Assembly (NCBI RefSeq): GCF_004010195.1
Contig: NC_057720.1
Coordinates: 14,293,729 to 14,357,728 of the forward strand
From: Chiloscyllium plagiosum
Taxonomy: Eukaryota
Direction of reading: 5' to 3'
DNA length: 64,000 nucleotides
Shown: positions 49,880 to 62,617 of the stretch, one piece after another
Position numbering within the stretch: the stretch's first letter is position 1
Layout of the letters: each line of letters starts with the position of its first letter
Program-made: the position numbers and the translations under genes
The notes under the pieces: generated by a model
Databases searched by the model: none
The model's input: only the letters and a program-made list of their open reading frames with translations
Told to the model about the DNA's origin: nothing

Positions 49880-52330
49880 CAATCATGCTATAAGAAGGAT
49901 AGAAAGAGAGGCAAGGAGGACAGGGAGTGGTGGTTTTGATTAAGGAAAACATTGCAACTGTAATTGGAGAGAATATTTCTGAGGGACTGTTCAGTGAAAA
50001 TACATGGGTTGAAACTGAAAATAAGAATGGGGCAATCACTTTGATGAGATCGTATAATATACCCCTCAATACTCAGAGTGAAATTGAGGAAGAAATATTT
50101 AGAGTTAGAGGTTGTAATAATAGGAGATTTAAATTTTCCAAACATTGACTGTGACTACCACAGTGTTAAAGGTTTGGATGGTGAGGAACTTGTTAAATGT
50201 GCTCAAGAAAAACTTTCTTTATCAGTATGCAAATATTCCTACTAGAAAAGGAGCAAAATTTGATCTTCTCTTGGAAAATAAGGCAGGGCAAGTGACTGAA
50301 GTGTTAGTAAGGGAACACTTTGTGACTAGGGATCATAATTCTATTAGTTTGTAACAGTTAAAATTCTTAATTGGAAAAAGGCAAGTTTTAATGGCATGAA
50401 ACAAGACCTTTCAAAAGTTGATTGGAGTAGACTGTTCACAGGTAAAGGGACAACTGACAAGTGGGAGCATTTCAAAAGTGTGATAATGAGAGTTCAGAGT
50501 TATTACATTCCTGTTAGAGTGAAAGGTAAGGCTGGTAAGATTATGGAACAATGGATGAATAAAGATATTGAGGTTCTAGTCAAGAATTAAAAAGAATCAA
50601 ATATTAGATACAGACAACAGGGATCAAATGAATCTCTTGATGAATATAAAGAGTATAGGGATGTTCTTAAGAGGGAAATCAGGAAGGCACAAGGGGATAT
50701 GAAATAGCCTGAGCAGATAAGCTTAAGGATAATCCAAAGAGATTCTACAAATATATTAAGAGCAAAAGAACAATTAGAGAGGAAGTAGTGCCCCTTAAAG
50801 ATCAAAGAGTTCATCTTTGTGTTGAATCTCAGGAGAAACATTAAATGATTATCTCGCATCAGTTTTTGCTGCGGAGAAAGAAATGTAGACTAGAGAACAC
50901 AGGGAAAGGCTGTAAGGAAAAACCTGGTAACTATAGACCTAAGAGTTTGTCTTTTGTGGTGAGTAAGTTGTTGGAGATGTTTCTGAAATATAGGATTTAC
51001 ATGCATTTGAAGAGGCAAGGAATGTTTAGGGACAGTCAGCATGGTTTTGTCTGAGGGAATTCATGTCTCATATTGAGTTTTGAAGTAACCAAAAAGATTG
51101 ATGAGGGCAGAGCAGTAGATGTTATTTATTTTGATTTTAGTGAAGCATTTGATAAGGTTCCACATGTAGACTAATTAATAAAGTTAGATCACATGGGATT
51201 CAGGGTAAGCTTGCCAATTGGATACAAAATTGGTGTTATGCTTGGAGATAGAGGGTGGTAGTGGAGGGGTACGTTTTGGACTGGAGGTCTGTGACTAGCA
51301 GTGTTCCACGGGGATTCATGCTGAGTCCACTTATGTTTGTCATTTATATAAATGGCTTGGATGAGAATATAGGAGGCATGGTTTGTAAGTTTGTGAATGA
51401 CACCAAAATTGGCAGGATAGTAGACAGTAAAGAAGATTATGGATTAGTGGTGCTGGAAGAGCACAGCAGTTCAGGCAGCATCCAAGGAGCAGCGAAATTG
51501 ACATTTCACCTGAGATTACAAAGAGATCTTGATCAATTGGTTTGAGGAGTGGCAGATGGAGTTTAGTATGGATAATTGGGAGGTCTTGAGCTATAGTAAA
51601 ACAAACAAGGACAGGACTTATACAATTAATGGTAGGGCCCTTGATAGAGTAGAACAGAGAAACCTCGGGGTTCAGGTACATAATTCAGGTAGATAGGATG
51701 TTAAGAAGGCATTTAGCATGCTTGCCTTCATTACGCAAAACATTGTGTGTGGGAGTTGAGGTTGTCTGGGATATTGGTGAGGTCTCTTCTGGAGTACTGT
51801 GTGCAGTTCTGGTAACCCTGTTATAGAAAGGATATTATTAAACTGAAGAGGGCTCAGAAAATGTTTACCAAGATGTTGCTGGGAATGGAGAGTTTGAGTT
51901 ATAACAATAGGCTGGGACTTTTTTCATTGGAGCATATGAGGTTGAGGGGTGACCTTACAGAGGTTTCTAAAATAATTGGAGGTATAGATAAGGTGAATAG
52001 CAAGGATCTTTTCCCTAAAGTGAGGGAAAATTCAAAAATTGAAAACCAGCCGGCATATTTTTAAAGTGGGAAGAGAAAGAATTAAAAATGACATGACGGA
52101 CAATGCTTTTACACAGAGAATGGATAGTGTGTGATATGAATTACCAGGGAAGTGGTTGGCGCAGGTACAGTTACAGCTTTTAAAAGACATTTGGATAAGT
52201 ACGTGATTAGAAAAGGTTTGGAGGAATAGTGGCCAAATGCAGACAGGTAGGAGTGGTTTAGTTTGGGAACATGGTTGGCGTGGACTAGTTGGATTGAAGG
52301 GTGTATTTCTATGTTGTATGAATCTATGGC
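49880..52330 (+). mobile_element. Long decayed CR1 (endonuclease to RT to 3' UTR, with deletions)
   Basis: GDLNFPNID, PTRKGAKFDLLL, DHNSI, PGNYRP, QHGFV, AFDKVPH, KFVNDTK, RLRGDL; family-A fragment nested at about 51443-51508. Confidence 0.88.
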
Positions 52331-53489
52331 TGCATAATATGGGAAAGCAGGCACAAATAGGCCAGGCAGGGTTAGGGTGACAGGTTCCCTTCATTTTCAG
52401 ACATTACTGAACCAAATGGGTTTTGACAACAATCTAGCAGGTTTTAATATCCCCCCGGAGGTAGCCTGCAGAAGGACAATAATTAATGGATTTAATTCCA
52501 TAATTTGCCACACAGGGGTTTGAATTCATAACTATCAGTTACTAGACCAATATACTGTGGTACCCACAGGCAAGTAAAGAAGGTGCTTCCAACAGCATTT
52601 ATGGCCCTGTGCCATATAACAATATCCTTATTACTACATACCGGAAAGTACACACTGTATAACTTTCCTTTGCACAGTATTCTTCAACAGATCTTCTCAA
52701 AACATATTATAATGGTCTCAGTAATTTAGAACTATTAACCACTGTTGAAGTGCAACAACCAATTAAGGCTATGGAGGATTCAAGAAGTGTCCAGTCATGG
52801 TAAATTAGGGGCAACTTGTTGAAAGAGCTAGTCCTTTCCTGTTTGTCATTTGCAAGGTGGTAGAAACAGCAATGCAATAAATGACCAGATCAATTGTCTT
52901 AGCAATGTTGGTTGAAGAAACAGGTATAAACATTGCCCATGATGCTTGAAACATTCCCCTTCAAATACCACCCTGGGATATTCAACATCGATCTCAGGAA
53001 TCTCGGTTTCTTCCCTCATGTGAAAGCCAGCATCTCCTTAAGGGAAGCTCTTTCATTCCTACACTGAAGGGGGTCAGTCATGAGTTGAATTCTGTCGCGA
53101 AACGTGAACTTGGCATCAAAAGCAAGGGATGTTCCAACTAAGCCTGCATTGAAGCTAAACCAAATTTCTGAAGCTTTGTTCCCCTCTTCAACCAAAACAA
53201 ACCTGTCCTCTTTTCATTGATTGGCTTCATCCACCTCCAACATCTCATCGCCAGAAATTAGAGAAAACATTTTCTTAGTGGTTTGCTGTATCTCTATACC
53301 TAGCAACAAAAAGGATTTCATCCTCAAAGATTTTCCCTCTTCAGTAAGAATTAGCTATTCTTTAAAAATCTAATAATGCTGCTCATTTCAATCACCTCCT
53401 TTTATATCTTAACGTTCAATGCCTCTACCCTTTAAATTCTACCTTATGTCCTTTCTTACTACTGACTTCCCACTTTTCCTGAAGGAAGT

Positions 53490-53985
53490 TTTTTTTTCAT
53501 TCAATGATCGGATGTGGGTATCACTGGCTGGCCAGCATTTATTGCCAGCCCCGAGTTGCTCTTGAGAAGGTGATGGTGAGCTGCCTTCTTCAACTGTTGC
53601 AGTCCACCTGCTGTGGGTTGACCCACAATGCCCTTAGGCAGGGAATTCCAGGATTTTGACCCAGTAACACTGAAGGACCGGTGATGTATTTCCAAGTCAG
53701 GATGATGACTGGCTTGGAGGGGAACTTGAAGGTGGTTCCATGTATCTGCAGCCTTTGTCCCCCTAGATGGAAGTGGTCGTGGATTTGGAAGGATCTTTGA
53801 TTAATTTATATAATGCATCTCATAAACAGTACACACTGCTGCTACTGAGCATCAGTGGTGGAGAGAGTAAATGTAGTGAATGTGGTGCCTATCCAGCAGA
53901 TAATAGCAAGCTTCTTGAGTGTTGTTGAATTTGCACCCATCCAGGCAAGTGGAGAGAATTCCATCACATTCCAACATGTGACTTA
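53490..53985 (-). mobile_element. L2/CR1-group LINE 3' part (DeuSINE partner family)
   Basis: ORF 53501-53695(-) reads RSFSVTGSKSWNSLPKGIVG..GLQQLKKAAHHHLLK. Confidence 0.75.
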
Positions 53986-54377
53986 GAGTCATAGAGTCAT
54001 AGAGATGTATAGCATGGAACAGACCCTTCGGTCCAACCCGTCTTGACCCCAGGGAAAAGACTTTGTCTATTATATCCTATCCATGCCCCTCATAATTTTG
54101 TAAACCTCTATAATGTCACCCCTCAGCCTCTGACGCTCCAGGGAAAACAGCCCCCCAGCCTGTTCAGCCTCTCCCTGTAGCTCAAATCCTCCAACCCTGG
54201 CAACATCCTTGTAAATCTTTTCTGAACCCTTTCAAGTTTCACATCTTTCCAATAGGAAGGAGACCAGAATTGCACGCAATATTCCAACAGTGGCCCAACC
54301 AATGTCCTGTACAGCCGTAACATGACCTCCCAACTTCTGTACTCAATACTCTGACCAATAAAAGAAAGCATACCAAA
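53985..54377 (-). mobile_element. CR1 3' part with internal deletion
   Basis: ORF 54123-54545(-) reads [21 protein letters not shown]. Confidence 0.9.
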
Positions 54378-54667
54378 CTTGGAGGAAGCTCCTCTATGAA
54401 GAGACACAAGTCTTTGAGAATAGCCATCAGGAAGACGAAGTACGGATAAGAAACCAGGGAAGGGAATGCCAATGGACTGAAGGCTAAGGACCAATTCCAC
54501 CTCCCAGAAAAACCTGACAAGTGTGTGGGTGGAGATGCAGTTCAAGGGTTGGGCTCATCATCCACACAAGGACCCACAGAACCCAATGAGCAGTGACAGG
54601 GAATTTCCAAGGTGCGCAATCATAGTGATTGACGGTGATGGAAATCATAGGAGAATCAAAGAAATGT

Positions 54668-54972
54668 TATCCCTGGGGTGGGTCAGTTCAAAACTAGGGA
54701 GCATATTTTTAAGGTGAGAGGAGAAAGATTTAAAAGCGAAATAAGGGGCAGCTTTTTCACACAGAGGGTGATTTGTGTTTGGAATGAATGGCTAGAGGAA
54801 GTGGTATATGCAGGTACAGTTACAAAATTTAAAAGACATTTGGACAGGTACGTGAATAGGAAAGGTTTACAGGCTAAACGCAGGCAAATGGGACTCGTTT
54901 AGTTTGGGAAACTTGGTCAGCAGACATGTTGGACTGAAGGGTCTGCTTCCATGCTGTGTCACTCTGTGACTC
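54668..54972 (+). mobile_element. CR1 3' end
   Basis: KTREHIFKVRGERFK..FFTQRVICVWNE. Confidence 0.88.
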
Positions 54973-56214
54973 ACTAGTTGAGTGTAAGTGGATAGCTAAA
55001 TTTTTTTAAGTTGGGAATTAATTTTCCTCTGCAACCATTCCGAAGCCATGAGCAGCTGCTCAGAATTTAGAATAAATACAGGAGGAGGTCTTTCTGCTCC
55101 TCAAGCCTATTCCACCACTCAATGAGATCGTGGTTAATCTGCAGTCTAACTCTCACTCCCTTCTTTGCTTCATCTCCCTTAATTAACAGGCTTACTTTTA
55201 AAACAAAACAGGGCACATCAAAATGATGAAAGGCTTTGATAGAGCACTTAAGTTCCCAGTGGCAGAAAGATCAGTAACCAATGGCAACAGATTGAAGGTA
55301 ATTGGCAAGAGAACCAAGGGGTTCTAATTAGTAAAATTATTTTTACACAGTGAGATGTCATGATCTGGAATGCACTGTCTGAAAGGATGGTGGATTGAGT
55401 CGCAACTTTCTCAAAGAGAATTGAATAAATACTTGAAGGGGAAAAATTAAACCACTTTTGTCAAATAATTGGAAGAAAGAAAAGTTCTGCTGGGCCTATA
55501 GTCACAAAAAGCATCCTCATAAACAAATGTCGAACAAAGTTGCCGAAAGCCCATCAAGGCAAAGGAGGGTTGTTTTCAGGTTTGCTGTGTATGCAGTAAC
55601 CCAATGGAAGAGCTAGACTGCTCAATGTAGCAACTGCTCAGCTTTTATCCCATTGAAACCAAAAATCAGATTTGGGGTCTTGGGAGGGAACCTTCACAGC
55701 TTTGAGTTGTATTTATCCTTCATTAAAACAAGACGGATTATCTGTGTTTTTAGTTTCACGTTGCTGTTTGTGGAAGCTTCCTATGCACATTATGCTGCTG
55801 CATTTCCCACCTCATAGCAGTGACTACACTTTGAAGAAGTTCTTAATTGATGGCTAAGTGCTTTGGATGTCCAATTGAGAAGAAATGAGATGTATAAAAG
55901 CAAGTCTATTCTTTTTATATTAATATCTAATTGCGTTAGAGAAGTGCTCTATAGATCCTTATTGTGATATTTAAAGGGCTTAACATCTCTACAGGACAGC
56001 TAAAGATTGGAATGTCTGCACAGGTGCTCAAACTGCTTTGATGTAAACACTTGCACATCCATTCCCACCTTATCGTACCTTAGCGTGTCTCTCAGAAATG
56101 CCTCAAAGCACTTCAACACAATACATCATGAAGGTCACTAACACAGCATATGAATAACATCGATAATTATTGCCCACACAGAAAGTTCTCACAAACGGGG
56201 GGGCGGGGGGAAAA

Positions 56215-56512
56215 CCATGGCTCACTGGAGAGCATTGCTGCCTCACACCATCAAGGACCTGGGTTTGGTTCCACTGTCCGGTGACTCTCTGTATGGAGTT
56301 TGCACATTCGCACTGTGTCAATGTGGGTTTCTCCCCACAGTTCAAAGATGTGCAGGTTAGGTGGATTAGGCCATGTGGATTGCCTCTAATGTCCAGCAAT
56401 GTGTAGGCTAGGTGGATTGGCCATGGCAAATGCAGAATTTACAGGCATTGAGTGGGATGCTCTTTAGACTTGATGGGCTGAATGGCCTACTCTGCACTGT
56501 AGAGATTCTATG
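56215..56512 (+). mobile_element. HE1-type V-SINE
   Basis: tRNA-like head, GGAGTTTGCACATT V-domain, GAATGGCCT..CACTGTAGAGATTCTATG tail. Confidence 0.8.
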
Positions 56513-57068
56513 AACAGCATTGGGACAAACGACCAGTTCATCTATTTTTGGCAGTGACACTTAAATAGTAAATGCTGGCCACACTTGAAGAGAAACCCAC
56601 AACTCCAACAGGAATCTTACAGCTATAAATGTTGGATTGAAAAATGTTGCGCTCTATTTGATTGCTTTGAAAGTGCTGTCAACATGGTGGAAACAAGAAT
56701 TCATCTTCCTTGTGGCAGTGGTACAGCTGGCATCGTTTGGGGCACTGTGGCATGAAGGAGAAAAAGACAGGAGCGGAGTAGAAGAGAGAATGGAGCAATT
56801 ACAGGTCAAGCTGAACAAAACCTATTTACTCTGCAGGCTTGTGAGTATTTTCAATTGTCTATAATTCTGGTTGTTCTAAAAAAAAGCAAGCTGACATTTT
56901 GACTATGACAAATTATGCTGAAAACTGGGGAATAATTCTAATGCCTGAGCAAAACATAAAGGATTTGTAAACCAGTCGAGGTCAAAGTGTATAAGGAACA
57001 AAGTGGGTTTGAGGCGCAGTGAAACGCACCCATTTCTCTTTAAGGAAAGAACTTCTTACCAAGAAAGT

Positions 57069-57551
57069 CATGATGTGGAGGTGCCGATGTTGGACTCAAG
57101 TGGACAAAGTTAAAAATCACACAACACCAGGTTTATTTGGAAGCACTAGCTTTCGGAGCGCTGCTCCTTCATCAGGTGGTTGTGGAGTATAAGATCGTAG
57201 GACACAGAATTTAGAGCAAAAGTTTACAGTAACTGAAATTATATATTGAAAAAGACCTGGATTGTTTAAGACTAGTCAAGTGAAGTAGTGAGAAGTGGTG
57301 GGGGGGGGGGAAGAACAAGGAAATCTGTGACTGACTTTGTAAGCAAATATCAATGATAACCCATTACCATTAGACCAGGTCGTTTCCAAAATATAATCTC
57401 AGTTACTTCACACTGTAAACTTTCGCTATACATTCTGTACCTTACGATTTTATACTCCACAACCACCTGATGAAGGGGCAGTGCTCCAAAAGCTAGTGCT
57501 TCCAAATAAACATGTTGGACAATAACCTGGTGTTGTGTGATTTTTAACTTG
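57069..57551. mobile_element. Penelope-derived long fold-back element, family B
   Basis: Arms about 57108-57260 and 57376-57550; TSD-like TACCAAGAA(A/G)GT at 57057-57068 and 57552-57563. Confidence 0.85.
57144..57178 (-). ncRNA. Minimal hammerhead ribozyme motif (family B)
   Basis: CAC-CUGAUGA-A-GGAGC-AGC-GCUCC-GAAA-G-CUA-GUG: intact core, 3-bp stem I, 5-bp stem II. Confidence 0.78.
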
Positions 57552-57591
57552 TACCAAGAAGGTGGAAGATTCAGTAAACGAGTAAATATAT

Positions 57592-57796
57592 GAAACCAAA
57601 AGAGAAAATGCTGCAAAATCTCAGCAGGTCTGGCACCATCTGTAAGGAGAGAAAAGAGCTGACATTTTGAGTATAACTGACCCCTTGTCAAAGCTGTCAG
57701 CTTTGACAAAGGGTCAGTTATACTCGAAACGTCAGCTCTTTTCTCTCCTTACAGATGCTGCCAGACCTGCTTAGATTTTCCAGCATTTCTCTTTTG
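57592..57796. mobile_element. Penelope-derived fold-back element, family D
   Basis: Arms of about 100 bp around GTC (57696-57698), degenerate core TTGACAAAGGGTCAGTTATACTCGAAACGTC, TSD GAGTAAAT(A/G)TAT at 57580-57591 and 57797-57808. Confidence 0.85.
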
Positions 57797-58649
57797 GAGT
57801 AAATGTATAATATGAGAGATGACTGGTGATAGCCATCCCACTAAATGAGATGTCAAATGCAAAACCTTTCCACCCTTGGAATTGGATAAAAGGCAGAAAT
57901 TTTAAAAAACTGTGCTCACAACACTGAGTATTGCAAATATTTGATCTTGTTTATTCCCATTTGTGAATGCACCCTTGTTTACCTGTGAGTGCATGTACAG
58001 ATTCTATCTGTGCATGAGTGCATGCATGCATGTGTGTGTATGTACATGCATATGTATCTGTACGTTTACACTCATCAATATCTAAAGTTATTATGTTAGA
58101 TTATTATCAGGAACATTTTCACTCATTGGTCTGTCCTAGCACCTCACTCTGGATGAGACAAATGCATCCAGTAGCTCTGGCACTAACCAGTAACAGGGAT
58201 CTTCAAGTTCGATACACAAAAGGAACTTCAACTCCATACATGTTAGCAGCTTCCCTATGCATTCAGGCCATTGGTCAGCTTCTGGGTTTTCTTTTGTAGT
58301 TGCCTGTAGTCTGTTTTTTACAACTGATTTGCACCATCCACTCATAATGTCTTTCCTGGTGCTGACACTGCTTTCAATCACCTTCAAAAGCAGTTGTACT
58401 GCAGTCGTGGATGGTCTTTAGTGGGTTTGTTCATTGGAGGATGGAGAGGAACAGCCAAGGGATATAACTCCACAGAGGCCAATACTCTGTTACGATGTCA
58501 CCCTGTATTTACACATTCTCACCTATGTCATGTCCAACAAGGAAAGCCTCACCTAGCTTTCTCCGCCATGCCTATGCAATTAGGTCTTAAAACAGAAGCC
58601 TGGTATTTCAACCTAGTTGCTCTTTCCAAGTTACAATGCGCGTGTGTAT

Positions 58650-58936
58650 CCAGGTTCGACCCCAGGGTGACTGTCTGTGTTGAGTTTGCGCATTCTCCCT
58701 GTATCTGTGTGGGTTTCCTCCCACAATCCAAAAATGTACAGGTTAGGTGGATTGGCCAGCTAAATCGCCCATAGGGACCAGGGATGTGCAAGCCAGGTGG
58801 ATGAGCGGTGAGAAATGTAGGGTTACGGGGATAGAATGGGAAGGGGGCGGGGTGGGTCTGGGTGGGATGCTGTTTGGAGGGTCAGTGTGGACCTAATGGG
58901 CCAAATGGCCTGCTTCCAAATTGTCAGGATTCTATA
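58650..58936 (+). mobile_element. HE1-type V-SINE, 5'-truncated
   Basis: B box GGTTCGACCCC, V-domain GAGTTTGCGCATTCTCCCTGTATCTGTGTGGGTTTCC, GATTCTAT tail. Confidence 0.82.
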
Positions 58937-58989
58937 ATTCCAAGAAAAGTCCTTGACTTTAGGACTGCCACTTCAGAGTTACCTCCCAT

Positions 58990-60345
58990 TTTCTAACATT
59001 CCCCTTTTAATATGTCAGCCAAGGCTCCCCAGTTGGACCAGATTAACAGCCCCAATCAGGGAACTCATATTCTATGAGGCCCAGCTTGCCTTCCTCATTG
59101 CAATCACTTCAGTGGGATCATTTGTTCCATATCAAAACTAGATAAGTATTATAAGCAAATTAAGTATTAATTTAGATATTAATGTTGAAATGGTTTGGTT
59201 TGGGGTTTTGCTGTGGGCTGACCTAGAATCCCTCTGTTCAGGATTTGTTCTGTGTGAGGATATGCAATTGCCTTCACTCAAGTGGTGTTCCCCAAGCTCA
59301 GTCAGACTGGTGAGGGTGTCCACTTCCATTGGAAAACCCTGCAACTCATTTGCTCCACTTGCCTCATTTTCTAATGATAAAGGCTGTTTGAAGTCCAGTT
59401 GGGCTTCAGCAAGTAGGTGCATAGTTGCATCATCAATCCCAGGTACCAAATGATCTCTAAGTGACTTATTAAGGGTTAAACCAAAGTCACAGTCTTCTGC
59501 CAGTCATCTTAACCTCATCAAAATCCCTGATATGGGTTCACCTGGTTCTCGAATTGCCAACTAAAAACAACAGCTTCTCAGAATTAGAGGAAGTTTGCGG
59601 GTCATAATATTTCTTAACTATGGAAGTTAGTTATGGAAAGGTGTTAGTATATGGTGCCTCAGGGAAAGTTAGGCTCTTAATAACCAAGAAAGCTGCGGGT
59701 CCACAGGTTGTCAGGAGAATTACTTGTTACTTTTCATCTTCTTCAATGTCATTTGCCCAGAAGATTTAACGCATTCTTTCCACATACTGGGCCCAGTTCC
59801 GAATGATGGTGTCGAACAAGTTAAGGTTCCTAGACAACAGCATGATGTAAAAAATTCTTACCCAATTCAAAGACAAATGTTGTGAGTGAGTTTCTTCAGG
59901 ATCATGCTTTACCCTCAACGCCACTGGAATAACTCCAAGTCAACCTTTATTTACACAAGTGGTAGGTGCCTGGAATGCGTTGCCAGCAGAGGTAGTAGAG
60001 GCAGGCACTGTAGATTCATTTAAGGTATATCTGGACAGATGCATGACTAGATGGGGAGCAGAGGGATGCAGATCCTTAGGAATTGGACGATAGGTTTAGA
60101 CAGTGGATTTGGATCGGCTTAGGCTTGGAGTGCCGAAGGGCCTGTTCTTGGGCTGTAAATTTTCTTTGTTCTTTGTTATGTACGGCCATCGACTTTAGTA
60201 CTGCTTCATTCAGATCTATGCACCAGCATGTCACTATGTCTGATGCTCCCCTTTTTTAATCTGTCAACCAGGACTCCCTGATTGGACCAGATTAACAACC
60301 CCAATCAGGGAACTCATGTTCTATGAGGTCCAGCCGGCTGAACTT
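58990..60345 (-). mobile_element. Decayed Gypsy-like LTR retrotransposon (two LTR-like ends, gag remnant)
   Basis: LTR-like copies at about 58990-59110 and 59925-60345. PBS-like TGGCG on the minus strand near 59920. Gag-like NWAQYVERMR..ANDIEEDEK..ILLTTCGP near 59700-59810. Confidence 0.65.
59958..60178 (+). mobile_element. CR1 3' end inserted in the LTR
   Basis: VVGAWNALPAEVVEAGTVDSFK and a (TTCTTTG)n tail. Confidence 0.85.
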
Positions 60346-61287
60346 ATATACCCAAGATGATAGGAGACAGTACGAGCATTTGGGTGAAGAGGGAGGAGGA
60401 GTGTAGCATAAGAGCAGCAGTCCAAAGCCACAGGGGGAGCTTGAGGAAATAGATACACTATCTGAAGCTCACAGAGGGTCAATATCCCTCAATGATCACA
60501 GGGGTTGTGACCATAGTAAGTATCTTGTGGAGGTCTGGTGTGACAGGTGTCCAACAGTGGAATCTTGTGCTATTCCCAGAAGCGAGCAGCAAGGCTGCAG
60601 TGAAATTTAATTTTGCAAGAGGCCCAAAGTCAGGATACAAAGAGCAGAATGAAAGTTTGCAATTAAGTTCTCAGAACTTTAAAGGTGGGTCAAAAAAATC
60701 CTGATGGTAATCATTGGGAAGCTTCTTTGCATGTATTGCATGTTTGTTAAATCACCGAGTTGCCCCTTCTCAATAAAATTCTCCATTGGTAAATACCAGA
60801 GGATAAAATATTGGTCTGAAAGAATCCAGTCAAATGCTTTTCTGGTTGCTATCCAATTCACACCATCAATTCCCTCGCCACTGATTGTTTGTTTACCATT
60901 TACATATATTTATATATATATATATCTAGTCAAATTCTCACTCAATTACCCACAATTAACATATAATCATCACTTGTTCCTTATTTCCATTTGGCCCCAG
61001 GCATTCCCTGCAGAGACTACTGGAAAATAGCATCTGCAAGCAAGCAATACATGTCTTCTGATTCCCAACACCATATAAGAGGCGTAAAGCAGGCGAAGTA
61101 CTGGATCGGATGGAGATTAGGGGAGTAGCTGTACATTCTCCTTTTTGGGCTATGCCAGATAATGATTGAGATCATGTGACAGAAGTCTAAATTGTATGTG
61201 ACAGGGAAGGAGGCAAGATTGTAATGCGTACAGGTCAAGAAAGCTGATTAAGGATGGAGGTCCATTCATTGAAAGGAAATTGCCATC

Positions 61288-61475
61288 TGTACATATATGC
61301 ACGTACAAATGGATGCAGATACCCACACACACACATGCAGAGAAACATTTATGTGTGCACTTGTACACAGATTAATATGCACATGTGCACACAAACATAA
61401 ACAAGCACACATGCACTTTACACCAATACACTCATGCAGATACACATGTGCATAAATGGGCACATATATGCACAC
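61288..61475. repeat. Degenerate CA/TG-alternating low-complexity tract
   Basis: ACACATGCACAC-like alternating purine/pyrimidine sequence. Confidence 0.65.
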
Positions 61476-62617
61476 AGGACTTGAGTGATTGTATTTTGTT
61501 TTTAACGCCAATTACCTATTGTCTTATGGTCATATGCAGCCAGTTCAGAATGCATGGCATGAGTGAAGTCAATTGTTGCCATGTAAGAGTGACCCTGTGC
61601 GCAGTTTGTAAAGAATAGCTCTCCACCCACCTGAGGCTGCTGTCATTTGATGACTGATGTCTGAAGAATTACAGTTTGTCAGGAAATCCGAAGCCTCACA
61701 CAGCCCAATCATGTCCTCCAAGATGAACAATAAGATCAACAAAAAAAATTCAGATCTACCTCTTCACAACTGGGAGAATTTCCCCCTCTCCCAAAACCTG
61801 AGACCCCTACTTCTCTCCCCTCCATGTTAGGACTAAACCAGTTTGTTGTTAATTCATCAGAATTGGAAGCTTGTGCCTGTTTGCATGTGGCATTGTATAT
61901 AAATATGTCCCCATGGGCCGCTTTTGTCAGGGACACAGGGAATTTCATTTCAATGCCAAGGAGGAGAATCCAAAACAATGTGAATCTCGCATAAAATCTC
62001 CTGTGATGAGAAAATCACATTAATTCTTGTGGCACTTGGGTAACAATTTAAATCCCTGCCATTTAACTGGAATAAACAAGATCTTGTTTCATTTGAATCT
62101 GGAAATGAAATGAGCTTTGGGTATTGGACTGAAATAAAATGAATAAAGTCTTTGCAGAATTTCAACCACTTATTAACTGCCATTATGTTTGTATGCTGAG
62201 GTGGAGGGGGGGGGGGTGGTGATAAATGAAAAATGGGCACTCTCAGGCAAATAAATACATTTTAAAATCCTTCCTGTTTATAATACACCAACTAAAAAAA
62301 ATAGACTTTTCAAAAGACTCAATGGATATTTTTGCTAATGAGAAATTCAATTTTCACTGGAGTTCACTAAAAACATTCTCTTTGCTGCACTCAGTTTAAA
62401 TGTGAAGAAACTTGAGTAACTTATTATAAATTACTTCTACCATAAACTTGCAGCTCTATCTCCGTATCTATTAATTTCCTCAGAACCCAAAATGTTATTG
62501 TCCTCTAACTTGAGTACACTCAAAGATGGTGAACTCGTAGATCTATGAGGTAAAGAGCAAACTTTTATTTCTTTTAGTGTCGGATCCTTTTAGTAATAGA
62601 AAACCATTCTCTTCAAT

